From assembly GCA_951406725.2 (NCBI GenBank), contig OX597816.1, positions 37,262,001 to 37,326,000 on the forward strand: DNA of 64,000 nucleotides, written 5' to 3'. This document shows positions 1 through 11,660 of the stretch, piece by piece. The stretch comes from Octopus vulgaris (Eukaryota). The position numbers and the translations under genes were made by a program. Numbering within the stretch: the stretch's first letter is position 1; every line of letters begins with the position of its first letter. The notes beneath the pieces were generated by a model. That model had not been told where the DNA came from, did no database searches, and saw only the letters and a program-made list of their open reading frames with translations.

Positions 1-218
1 GCCTTTAGTCGAGCAAATCGACCCCAGGACTTATTCTTTGTAAGCCTAGTATATATACGGCAGGCTTCTTTCAGTTTCCGTCTACCAAATCCACTCACAA
101 GGCTTTGGCTGGCCCGAGGCTATAGTAGAAGACACTTGCCCAAGGTGCCTCGCAGTGGGACTGAACCCGGTACCATGTGGTTCGTAAGCAAGCTACTTAC
201 CACAGTGCCACTCCTACG

Positions 219-220
<2 letters not shown>
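1..220 (-). mobile_element. SINE family A (tRNA-like head, CORE-like segment), internally deleted, cut by window edge
   Basis: Minus strand starts GGCGTAGGAGTGGC...GGGTTCAGTCCC (A/B-box-like) then ACCTTGGGCAAGT; matches seven other copies in the window. Confidence 0.9.
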
Positions 221-260
<40 letters not shown>

Positions 261-262
<2 letters not shown>

Positions 263-803
263 AAAGAGGGTTTAAAGATGTTTATTAACTTGACTGGTTT
301 CACTTTTTAAAAAAATTATCAAAAGTAAATTGCAAAGCTTTGTATAAACTTTGTTGTGTTACAAAATGGTTATCATAATTGTATTAAAATACAGTTATAC
401 AGTCTTTGATAATGATAAGAAAATGTTAAGAGTAGCTTTTTGTTTAAACTGTTTACATGAAAGTGTTCAAAATAGGTAGTAAAATAAATTCATAATTATT
501 TTAAGTTCATCAAAAATCAGGGTTGTGTAGAAGCACATATACAGAAGGGATCATATTTAAGTATTTATACAGAATTTTAGGGGAATAACCAACCTTTCCA
601 TCCATCATCCCCTGTCTTGTAGTGTGTATATGAGAAATGTTTGGTATTTTTTTAAATAGTGTGAGAGGTTGATTGGTGGGGGAGAGCATTGTGGAATCAA
701 AAAGATTTTTTGTTTCTGGGCTACTCTGTCATGGTTCAGTGATTTTTGGAACTGGTCTTAGAGTTCGAAATGTTGTGAGTATGTGTGTCTCTGTGCACGT
801 TTC

Positions 804-867
<64 letters not shown>

Positions 868-2790
868 CTTGTGTTTGTGTGTGGGCTTTTTTATTGATCT
901 TAGAGCTCAGTGTGGTATGTGTATGTGTCTGTGTATGCCTGTGTTTTATATTTAGCAGGATGGTGCGTATATATGAGTAAATTTTTGTGTTTGTGTGTAT
1001 ATGTGTGATTTATATTTGTCAGAGTGCTATGTGTGCGCATGTGTGTGTATGTGTTTGCTCGTGTGTGTACGTGAGCGTCTGTGTGTGCACGTGTTTATGT
1101 TTTTGTGTGTTGTGTTGGTGGGGATGCTATGTGCGTCTACGCAAGTATGTGTGTGTGTCTCTGAGTATGTTTGTGTAGGAAAACTAGGAATTTGGGGGAC
1201 TTGTTCTGTGCACAGAGTTCTATGTGGCCACTAAGTGGTATCTGTCTTGTGGTGAGGTCCCTTAATTGTTGGCGGTGGACTGTCATCCTATCTCTGAGAG
1301 TAAGACTAGTCTGCCCTATGTAGTCTTTGTGGCACATTTCCCAACTAACAGCATAAAATAAATTTTTTGATGCGTAGGTGAAGTTATTTTTTTCCGACAA
1401 AAGTGTGTCCCAACTGGAATTTTTATATTCTTCCTTCAATGAGGTGGATGCAAGTCCTGCAGTTGGAACGACCACATTTTTAACGGTGGGTGTTGGGCTT
1501 GTGTTGGATAATTTTGCATTGGTGAGTAAGTTTTTAAGGGATTTGGGTTGTCTCTTGCTTTTTATTATTTTATTGGTTTCGAGTGCTTTCTTTAGACGTG
1601 GGTCTTGACTCAGTAGTAGGATGTTCTTGTATATAATCGTGTAAGCTTCTGTATTTCTTGGATTATGTGTTGAATGATATGGAAGACCATTTAATGTACC
1701 TTGAGTGTCTTTCGGTTTTCGTAAGTCTTGGATATCAATTGTCTTAGCTCATTCTATTCCATTTTCAACTAATGCTGCTTTTAGTTCTTGGAGTCTTTTA
1801 TTTCGTGTTCTATAATTTGAGACAATTATACAGATTCTTCTCGCTAGATTGAAGGGGATGTTTGTCGTCGTGTGCTTTGGTGATTGGATGTGAACACGAG
1901 GTATTCTTTGGAATCAGTTGGTTTATAGTGGATATCAGATTCAATTTTGGTGCCTTTTTTATAATAAGGATGTCTAGAAATGGAAGTTGGTCTTGACTAT
2001 ATTCCATTGTAAATTTGATATGGTTTTTGTCACTGTTTTTGAATTCAATGAGTTGGTTGAGTGTGTGAGACCATAGGATGAGGCAATCATCCAAGTAGCA
2101 TTTTCAATTCTCCAACAGGTATTTGTGGAAAGGCAGGTCGTATTTTGATTTGGATTGTTCATCGATTTGTAATTCTAGGTAGGCCATCACCAGATTAGCA
2201 TAAGGTGGGGTAACTTTAGTACCCATTGCAGTCCCTGATACTTGTCTGTGGTATTATTATTAAAAGATAAGAAGTTGTTTTGAAGGATACACTTATAGCC
2301 CTGAATGATGAATTATTTTCTTATTCTTTCCGGAACTTCACTGCAGTATTTTTCTAGCCATAATTTAATGGCTTCCAATCCATATTGATGTGGGATCGTA
2401 GTATAAAGATTTTTCACATCAAAAGAGACGATGAAAATGTCTTTATTGGTATGTTTGGGAAGGGGTTCAGAAGGTCCATGTCATTTCTTACAATACTTGG
2501 TATGTGTTTAAGTATCACTTTTAAGAGTATATCACTGAAGTTGCTTAATCTGTGTGTTTTTGTTTGGGCCTGCCACAATTGGTCTCACTTTGAGATCAGT
2601 GGAATGTTGTACAGTGATGCAGGTTGAGGTGGACTATAGGCAAGCCTCGGTAATTATTTTTTTATTTTAAATTTTCGGAAGCCCGAATAGGTAGTTGCTT
2701 TTGCAATCAAATTTTGTCAGGTAGTCGCATTTCTTTGCCGTTAAGCTATTTTGATGTTGGAAATGAGTGTTTTTAATTAAAAAATTGTTT
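261..2790 (-). mobile_element. Decayed Penelope-like retroelement (RT + GIY-YIG endonuclease + 3' pLTR), interrupted by microsatellites
   Basis: Minus frames give SFDVKNLYTTIP, YRQVSGTAMGT, xDDCLILW..IKFTMEYSQDQLPFLDILI (RT) and CHKDYIGQT..RMTVH (GIY-YIG); hammerhead-like fold plus AATAAA at about 280-326. Confidence 0.85.
288..326 (-). ncRNA. Minimal type I hammerhead-like motif with UUGAUAA core
   Basis: ACTT-TTGATAA-T7A5GT-GAAA-CCA-GTC-AAGT followed by TAATAAA, at the 3' end of the PLE. Confidence 0.5.
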
Positions 2791-2847
2791 TTGATTGTAT
2801 ATATACATAAATATACATATACATACATGCATATATATATATATATA

Positions 2848-3004
2848 TTTCTCTACTCTAGGCACAAGATCCGAAATTTTTGGGGAAGGACCAGTCGATT
2901 AGATCGACCCCAATATGCAACTGGTACTTAATTTATCGACTCCGCAAGGATGAAAGGCAAAGACGACCTCGGTGGAGTTTGAGCTCAGAACGTAAAGACG
3001 GACG
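2848..3004 (-). mobile_element. SINE family B, 5' truncated
   Basis: Shares the GCCTTTCATCCTT..GTCGATAAATTAAGTACCAG block with the full copy at 34299. Confidence 0.85.
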
Positions 3005-3351
3005 ATATATATATACATATACATATATATATTCTATGTGGTAATTTATGAACAGGTAGAGAAATACTCGATCAGCTAAGAGAGTATATATACACACTTT
3101 ACTTCACGCAAGGATACATATGGAGGCACACGTCTACACATATTGAGATGCACATCCATGCATACAAACACGGTGCATAGTTTCAAAACATACACACACA
3201 CACTCAGACATGCGCACACAAGGAGACAGAGGCACACAGACACAAAATCAAACACACACGCACGCGCACACATAAAAAACACACAAGAAGGACACGCAAA
3301 CACCTGAATATACAGAATACGTACATACAAATGTGGACACATACATATATA

Positions 3352-4592
3352 CGAGGGGCGTTCAATAAGTAATGCCCCTGACCCACTTCCCATAGCAGTA
3401 GAGCAACGAAACTTGGCACAGGTATTAGTCTTTTTCTACATAGGAACAACCCAGAGGTACGCATTTTTCCCATCGTTTGATGCAGTTCTGGAGACCGTTT
3501 TCGTAGAAGACCCCAGCTTGGTCCTCCAACCACGACGTGACTTCAGAAATCAAGACTACATCATCTGGGAAACGCTTTCCCTTCAAAAACAACTTCATGG
3601 CTGGGAAGAGGTGAAAATCAGAGGGTGCAAGGTCAGGAGAGTAGGGGGATGGGGGAAGAGTTCATAGCCGCACGCCTGTGCTTCTGATCTGGCGATACGC
3701 GAGTTGTGGACCGGAGCGTTGTCCTGCAGGAGGAGGATGCCTTTGCTTATCTTGCCCCGCCTCTTGGTTTCGATAGCTTCTCGTAATTTCCTCAAAAGTG
3801 AAACATGATAGGCTCCTGTAATTGTGGTACCCTTTGCCAGGAAATCTGTCATCACTACTCCGTCCTGGTCCCAGAAGACTGTGAGCATGACCTTGCCAGC
3901 AGAGGGCTGCACCCTTGCCTTCTTTGGAGGGGGTGAGTCACGGTGCTTCCACCGCATTGACTGGGCTTTGGTCTCTGGATCATAGTGATGGACCTAGGTT
4001 TCATCCTGTGTAATCAGTCTTTTGAAAAAGTTTGACTCATCTTCTGGAAAAGTGTGAGCAACCTGGAAATCCATCTGGCAGACACCTTTTGCATATGCAA
4101 ATGGTCATGAATGATAGTTTCCACAGACCCGGTACTAATCTTGACCTCATGGGCTATTTAGCGAATAGTTATGCGTCGATCTTCCAAAATGGCAGCCTCA
4201 ACTTGACGGACAGATGCCTCATCAATGGCAGAAGGGGGCGACCATATCTGGGAGCTGTTTCCACAGAGTTCCGACCATGTTTGAATTCACGATGCCAGCG
4301 TTTTACGAGGTCATATGATGGGGCATCATCACCATAAGTTACTTTCATTTCATTAAAAGTCTCCTGTGGTGTGCGTCATTTCAAATACAAAAACCGGATC
4401 ACTGCTCGACACTCAACATGCTCCATTTCCCACTTGACTCATTTCAAACACCTGTAAATCAGAAACCACAATTAGTTCGGAGCTGTAATTTGCCACTTAA
4501 TCTATAAAGATATCATAATTGCACATGCAAAATTTCAGCTAGATCAAACAAAGGCAAGTGGGTCAGAGGCATTACTTATTGAACGCCCCTTG
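3352..4592 (-). mobile_element. Mariner DNA transposon, near full length (about 1.24 kb)
   Basis: About 37-bp TIRs CGAGGGGCGTTCAATAAGTAATGCC..TGACCCACTT at both ends, TA target duplication, transposase remnants inside. Confidence 0.95.
3425..4426 (-). pseudogene. Mariner DD34D-type transposase pseudogene
   Basis: MEHVECRAVIRFL.., ITQDET.VHHYDPE, AGKVMLTVFWD, LLQDNAPVH, frameshifted HPPYSPDLAPSDF, ends GSYVEKD*; in-frame stops and an internal deletion. Confidence 0.9.
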
Positions 4593-4670
4593 TACACATA
4601 CATACATATACACACACACATACATACATACATATACACACATGTATACATACATACATACATACATACA

Positions 4671-4703
<33 letters not shown>

Positions 4704-5353
4704 GCATGTGTATGCATACACACGCACTAACCCACACACATGCGCACAAACAAACAAAAAGAACGCAGTATGAATAACGAACAGAGTCAAAACTATTGAA
4801 AACGTTGAAAGACGCAACGAAAATTTTAGAAAAATAAAAGAAATAAGTAAAAATTTTACCGGTGAGTGTATTAAATGATAAGGCACTAAAAGATAATGAC
4901 TCTCCCCAGACACAACAGAATATGCTTCAACACACGAAATCACATAAAGAATCTTGCAAATCAAATCCAAAAACGAAATAAAAGAGTAAAGATATTCTTA
5001 TTATATAAAGTCACAAATCTTTTAAATAAAGCTAGTCGGTATTTCCTGGTTGAAATGTTTATTTATTTCGACACCTATCGTGCTGAAAACAAGACAGTTT
5101 GTCAGCAGTCTTTTGAGCAGATAACGTTCGAACAAAAGACGCTGGTAAAAAAGAAAACAGGAAGAAAAATACAAGGGAAATAACCAATGTTACAATAATT
5201 CGATGTCAAGCAGACGTAAGCAACATGTTAATGGTTTGCTAAGTATCCGGTGGCTTACTTTTAAATTCTGACAAAATATGTCTCTCGAAATACGGACATA
5301 CAGAAAAAATCTCGTTCCTCAAATCTGTTTATTCGTTAGAGGTTGTTTTTTTT

Positions 5354-5570
5354 TTAAGAGATACAGTTTTTCAAGAGAACATGCTGAACATTTTTGGACC
5401 CGCTAATATAGGGTCTGGATTTGGAGAGGATTTTCCATTTGATGGTGAAACTGGACCCTTCGTTTTTAAATGCCCAGATAAAAGCCGAAAGGGCTGTTGA
5501 ACATCTCTTATCACGGTACCTAAAATTCGAAAGATGGTTGTTATATATGGATTTAAAGTTTTCTTCCATG
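5354..5570 (-). mobile_element. PLE GIY-YIG C-terminal fragment
   Basis: NFKSIYNNHLSNFR..STALSAFIW..IKWKILSKSRPY resembles PLE endonuclease tails. Confidence 0.75.
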
Positions 5571-5732
5571 TTAGGGGTAATGTGGTCGCAGAAGTTGTAT
5601 GACAGCCATGACTGGGTCCTCCTACATGTGTGGTATGGTGCAGAGTCCTGTTGCCAGACATAGGGTCTTCCAGTAGCCACCGTCTTGACCCAGGGCAGCA
5701 CTACCTCCTCCAGGCACATGATGTAGGCCTCC
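5571..5732 (-). mobile_element. maT/DD37D-like Tc1-mariner transposase fragment
   Basis: GRPYVWQQDSAPYHT..TQSWL..NFCDHITPN; same family as 25745-26367. Confidence 0.8.
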
Positions 5733-5735
5733 CTT

Positions 5736-5822
5736 GGACCTACGCACGTTTCGGCTGCATCTACTGTATACTGCTATGTGTGCATCTTGGTGTTAATTGT
5801 CGATGCATCTTCATTAGGGTCC
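5736..5822 (-). ncRNA. Type I hammerhead-like fold, core CUAAUGA (G5A), long loop II
   Basis: GGACC-CTAATGA-AGATGCATC..GATGCAGCC-GAAA-CGTGCG-TA-GGTCC. Confidence 0.7.
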
Positions 5823-6019
5823 GTTGTTTGCTGCCGTTCAAAGATCATCAGAAGAAGACTATGAGACTCGCCGAATAGGAATCTTTTAAGATGTGTTGGT
5901 ATACATAGTTATATTTCCTCATGACTTGAAAATTACCTCGGCCAGTTAGGTATTTATTGCAATAAATACCTAACTGGCCGGGGTAATCTTCAGGTCGCGA
6001 GGAAATATGACAATATATA

Positions 6020-6238
6020 TATTTCTTTACTACCCACAAGGGGCTAAACATAGAGGGGACAAACAAGGACAGACAAAGGGATTAAGTCGACTACATCGAC
6101 CCCAGTGCGTAACTCGTACCTAATTTATCGACTCCGAAAGGATGAAAGGCAAAGTCGACCTCGGCGAAATTTGAACTCGGAACGTAACGACAGACGAATT
6201 TCGCCCGGCGTGCTAACGTTTCAACCAGCTCGCTGCCT
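6020..6238 (-). mobile_element. SINE family B with 16-bp target-site duplication
   Basis: AATATGACAATATATA at 6004-6019 and 6239-6254; GTTCAAAT B-box in head. Confidence 0.92.
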
Positions 6239-6489
6239 AATATGACAATATATAGTAACACCAACACCTTCTAAAAGATTCCTATTCGCTCAGTCTCATC
6301 GTCTTCGAACAGCAGCAAAGAAAGGACCCTTAAGAAGCTGTATCGAAAATTAACACCAAAATGCACACATGACAGTCCGCAGCGGATGCAGCCAAAACGT
6401 GTCTATGTCCAAATGACAGTATAATAAAATAGGGATGTGTAAATCTCCGTCTCCTGATCTTTATTAATTTCATTACATGTATATATATA

Positions 6490-6770
6490 TCGTTTCCACT
6501 CCATCGGTTACGACGACGAGGGTTCCAGTTGATCCGCTCAACAGAACAGACACGTGTACCCTTAACGTAGTTCTCGGGGAGATTCAGCGTGACACAGAGT
6601 GTGACAGGGTTGGCCCTTTGAAATACAGGTACAACAGAAACAGGAAGAAAGAGCGAGAGAAAGTTGTAGAGAAAGAGTACAGCAGGGTTCGCCACCACCC
6701 CCTCCCGGAGCCTCGTGTAGCTTTAGGTGTTTTCGCTCAATAACCTAATCACTGGGCCATTGCGCCTCCA
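6490..6770 (-). mobile_element. SINE family C-related element with partly deleted head
   Basis: Ends GTGTTTTCGCTCAA..CACTGGGCCATTGCGCCTCC, similar to copies at 17592 and 21250. Confidence 0.6.
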
Positions 6771-6865
6771 CATGCACACACACACACACACATTTACTCA
6801 TACATATATACACACACACGCAGAGACACACATATATATATATATATATACATATATATATAAAC

Positions 6866-6897
<32 letters not shown>

Positions 6898-6900
6898 ATT

Positions 6901-6949
<49 letters not shown>

Positions 6950-8314
6950 ACCACTATGTGGATAGCTCTCTAATAATTTATGTATAAATTTGTATTTTCT
7001 CCGTAGTTTTTTGTGCTAAGCCACTCGGTGTTAAATTAATGGTATTAAACTAATATCAATTTTTCTCCCTCATTTATGAATTTATATATATATATATATA
7101 TACAGTGAGTGTGTGCATGCGTGCGTGTAAATTTATATATGTGGGTATAATATTCTGAATATGAATAGGGACCAAAATAGGCTTACAATCCTTCGAGAGA
7201 TCCACCTCATTATTACATTGGATTTAAACTGATAGTAACACGTACAACAGCACTAACGTAAATATCAGCTACAGTAACCCCACCAAAATCATTGGAGTGA
7301 GACTATCTAGGAATAGATAACACATTTCTTATAGCAGCAGAAATGGTTTACTTTAGATCTTCTATATATGGTTTCGTGTTCAAAAATCTAGTGTTATGTA
7401 ATGTCAACGTTGACATTCAGACTGAACGACTATAAAGTATGTTATAAAATCTTGCTGTATTTTTTTTTAGATATAATCTACGCGTCACCAGAGCAAACTT
7501 CATAAAAATATTTAAGCTAAATGAACAACAATAAATATGGAATATGTTTTGACATAAGTGTCTGAATCTGCTTAAATTTAGACTAATGTTTTAGGTTAGA
7601 CAATAGGTTATTTTTCTTAGACATATGAAACGAATAAAAGTTTTTAAAAATAATAAATGCAGTAAAGATTTTTTTTTGTTATCTATGAAATACATAGTAA
7701 AAATAAAATAATATTCGGATGCATTTGGAAACATCGAAGCTGAACATAAAGAAATGTTAAGCGTCAGTTGAAATTGGAGATACTGACTGCAGGATCAAAT
7801 ATAGCTAAATTGAGGCAAATATTGATTTCTCAATTTTCTTTGGGACAGAAGAAGAAACGTATTCGGTGTGACTGATCATGGAAAGCATCCCTTCCAGGGG
7901 TAAGGTGGAACGGTTCAATTGCCAACGGGGAAGTTTGATCAGAGTATTTGGTTGTACAAAACTGTATATTATACAATTATCTGCTATACTATTTCACCAT
8001 TCCATCTCAGTCATTCTCTTAAAGCTAAACTACTCAACAGAAGGCATACAGTATAAGTATATGTTTGTAATTAGTAACAGCTTATTTTTAAACATTCAGT
8101 TTTTATTATTAAAAGCATCATATAAGAGAAGGGGTATGCTTTCCTTGATGGACAATAATTCGTGGAGCAACCTGTCAAGATTCCCCACTCCTTTCTCTAA
8201 ACTGCAAAAGCATACAAAGAAGTTGCTTAATGCTTATATTTCTCACACAACTAGGTTCCCTAACATTTTAATTTATTTCAGTCAATCTGGTGACGCTGTA
8301 CCAAGCATTATATC

Positions 8315-8385
<71 letters not shown>
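8315..8385. repeat. (GATA)n microsatellite
   Basis: Direct reading. Confidence 0.95.
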
Positions 8386-8484
8386 GAATAGAGATAGAGA
8401 GGGAGAGAAAGAGAGATATTTTTATTAAAACTACATCCGCTACGTGTAATGAATATTTTTCTCATTTGTTCGACATTAATAATG

Positions 8485-8525
<41 letters not shown>

Positions 8526-8634
8526 TACAAAATTAGAGAATGGAGAAACATACTTAAATCAATAAAACATCAACTATCCGATGATACTCAATCCATACTT
8601 TAATACACCATTACATAGGAGTAAAGGCCTCATT

Positions 8635-8673
<39 letters not shown>

Positions 8674-9264
8674 GTATACATACAGGCATACATACATACA
8701 AAAGTACCCTGTCGTTGATGTTGGAATTCCAATGACGGAGGCTTGGACCTAGGTTAGGAACCGACTCTTTCTCTACTGGCAAGAAATCTTGAAATATAAC
8801 TGGATAATGACATACAAACATATCCTCTCGTTCTGATCTAACGACCCTCCATGTTTGCTTTTGCTTGGTTTCCTTGTATGTCTCCACTGTCATGTTTTTG
8901 CTCCCAACTTTGACCCTCCATAAATCCTGAGTTTTATTTTAGAATTTATAGGAGCAACTGTCTTTGAAGACTCATATTATCGTTGAATGTTCGAAATGAT
9001 GAGTAGATAGACAGCCGACAACTGATGAAGGGTCCTTTCTCTGTTTACTTGTCCTGTTTTCCTTTTTTCTCGCTGTTTACGTATTTAACTCGTTTCTTTA
9101 CGTATTTCATGTAATTTGCATCTTGGTGACGTGCTGTGCTCTATCTCTTCATGGAATTTTATAACTAGGTACTTTGTTTGTTGCAAATAAGTGACCGATG
9201 GTCACTTTGTTTACAATATATCCCTGACAGGAGATCTTAGCCATCACTCCATTACGTAGGTGGG

Positions 9265-9311
9265 CGCAGCTGACGAAAAGCAAACTAGTTCGAAACTGGG
9301 ACAGTCCCGCG
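9265..9311 (+). ncRNA. Type I hammerhead-like fold with intact catalytic core
   Basis: CGCAG-CTGACGA-AAAGCAAACTAGTTC-GAAA-CTG GGA CAG-TC-CCGCG; stem III perfect, GUC triplet, stems I and II with mismatches. Confidence 0.7.
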
Positions 9312-9534
9312 ATCTTGTTAGTTGACTGAGGTTAGTAGGAGTTCGCTCCTTCTAGCGATATATTGTATATAAAAGATGCAGAATATTGCATCGAAAACCA
9401 GCTGGCGGACAATCTGCCTGGGGTTAAACTAGTAGTAACATTCACCTGCCATTTTGATGTGGTAACTCGCTCTACTGTTTACTATACGTAACCACTCTAT
9501 CTCTTCTTGAGATTTTATTACTAGCTATTTTGCT

Positions 9535-9594
<60 letters not shown>

Positions 9595-9595
<1 letters not shown>

Positions 9596-9944
9596 CCAAC
9601 CATATGGTTCCGGGTTCAGTCCCAGGGCAAGTGTCTTCTACTATAGCCTCGGCCTAACAAAGGCCTTGTGAGTGGATTTAGTAGACAGAAACTGAAAGAA
9701 GCTCGTCGCATATGTATATATTTATGCGTGTGTGCCTACGTGTCTGTGTTTGTACCCCTACCATAGCTTAACAACCCGATGCCGGTGTGTTTACGTCCCC
9801 ATAACTTAGCGGTTCGGCAAAAGAGACTGATAGAATAAGGATTATGCTTCAAAAGAATAAGTCATGGGATCGATTTGTTCGACTAAAACCCTTTAAGGTG
9901 GTGCTGCAGTCAAGTGACTGAAACAAGTAAAACAAAAATAAAAG
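9595..9944 (+). mobile_element. SINE family A, 5' truncated
   Basis: Matches family A body and GACTGAAACAAGTAAAA tail. Confidence 0.9.
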
Positions 9945-9965
9945 TATATATGCATATATATATAT

Positions 9966-10092
9966 ATATATGAAAAAACAAGTCAAAATAGAAAATGCTA
10001 AAATAATTTTATAAAGAACATGTTCTTTACAAAGAAATGTTCTTTATAAAATTATTTTAGCATTTTCTACTTTGACTTGTTTTTTCATATAT
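9966..10092. repeat. Hairpin with arms of about 56 bp embedded in (TA)n
   Basis: 9966-10021 is the reverse complement of 10037-10092 with one mismatch. Confidence 0.9.
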
Positions 10093-11164
10093 ATCAACTC
10101 GTGTGTTCCTTTTCACCCTTACACATATATATATATGTGTGTGTGTGTATGTGTGTGTGTGTGTGTGTGTGAGTGTGTGTGTGTGTATATATATATGTAT
10201 GTATATGTATATGTATATGTATATATATATATAGGTAGGTGGTAGGCAGTGTATTGTCAGACAGAACTCAAGTTCTTGCTGCTGTCTATTAACTACGTCG
10301 AGTAAAACCTAAAACTTATCAAGGGATACAGAAGTATTTAAAGCTTTCAAAAGCCATTGTCAGTGTGTAAACGCGGTCACAGCAGAGAAATTAAACGGTG
10401 ATAGATTCAAGACTCGTTAGCAGTTAAACATTTTCGTTTGAAAGCGTCGCCATTTTATGATAGTAATATTTTCTCTCTTTTTGGTAACATTAGAAATGTT
10501 TCACTCGACACACAATAGGCATAAATATTGGTTCGTAAAATGATCAATGTTAACACAATAGTGTGCTTATGGGATTAAAATAATGCATGGTGAATCTCAT
10601 ATTTGCTATCTATTTGAAAAAATATATAATTCCTGCTCAACGTCCCTCGACGACTATAGGTTGGTAAAGTAATATTCATCAATTAATAGTGTGGTCAGCA
10701 AATAAACCAATTCCAATTTCTTGTGTTGTCCCTTAAGGATTAATTTCTTTTTCTGTTTTTGTTTGTTTCCTTTCTGGCAACTGCTTTTATGCGTTGGTCA
10801 CAGAATAACTTTCTCGTGGATTTTTTTTAATTACCATACTAGTTGATGAACAACCAGATATTCGAACTTTCCTGTATAAAATTATATCTTCTCCAATTGA
10901 GAATTTACTATATTTGCATGTCATTGACATATTTTCGTTTTCAGTAAATCTCATTGGAATCATCTCATTGAAATCAGCTCTGCTTTCTTACACGTTTTTT
11001 TTTTCGTTAGACCAGTGTATAGTTTTGGTTCTATTATTGTCCTCCCATCACCAACCCCACTCTCGCCTTTAACAATGAAACTGCTGACTAACAAGTTAAT
11101 ATGTTTGTATCTATGTATGCGAGTATGACACACTTTGCGAGTATGACACACTATGTATGACACA

Positions 11165-11660
11165 CTTTTATTGGGCTTGCGGTACCAGTGACTAAATCGA
11201 ACGCTACGCCTAAGAAATGTACAATAATAATGCTAGTCTCTATGGTCATTTTATTTCCTGGGAAGTTAAAAGCTTGAATTAAGTTTTTCTTATGCCTCTA
11301 GAGATGGCTTAAGCATCATCCTTACATATAGGCTACAACAGTTTGACGGGGGTTTCTTATTGCGGTTATCAAGACTAAATGATCTTTGATGATCGTTGTC
11401 GAATGACCCCATGGCCATATTGAAGCAGTCTTCTTGGTTTGGTCTGACCTTCTTGAAATCGCTCAGTGGGAAATATCTCTTCTTTCCTCTCCAGAAATTT
11501 TATATCATTTCGTTCCGCTTTTTTATCTCCACCAAGAGAACTTGTTCTGCATATTCACCGCTAGCATTAAAGAGATCATGTATGCTTTCGGTCAACATGT
11601 CTGAGGAGTCGTCATCGATATTGGCAAGTGCACACGAAAACAATTGTAACTTTCAGTTGT
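11165..11660 (-). mobile_element. Decayed PLE reverse-transcriptase fragment
   Basis: CFNMAMGSFD (cf. FDVTMGSxDG) and IRKNLIQAF..MTIETSIIIVHFLGVAFDL..YRKPN. Confidence 0.7.

Larger units (their letters stand above)
5735..6412. repeat. Foldback palindrome with arms of about 225 bp and no spacer; hammerhead-like fold at each outer end; SINE inserted in right arm
   Basis: Perfect centre ..GGCCAGTTAGGTATTTATTG|CAATAAATACCTAACTGGCC.. at 5959/5960; 5735-5905 is the diverged reverse complement of 6255-6412. Confidence 0.9.

Noticed and set aside
10790-11100. Possible piggyBac transposase remnant
   Set aside because: No clear catalytic motif or TTAA/TIR could be read.
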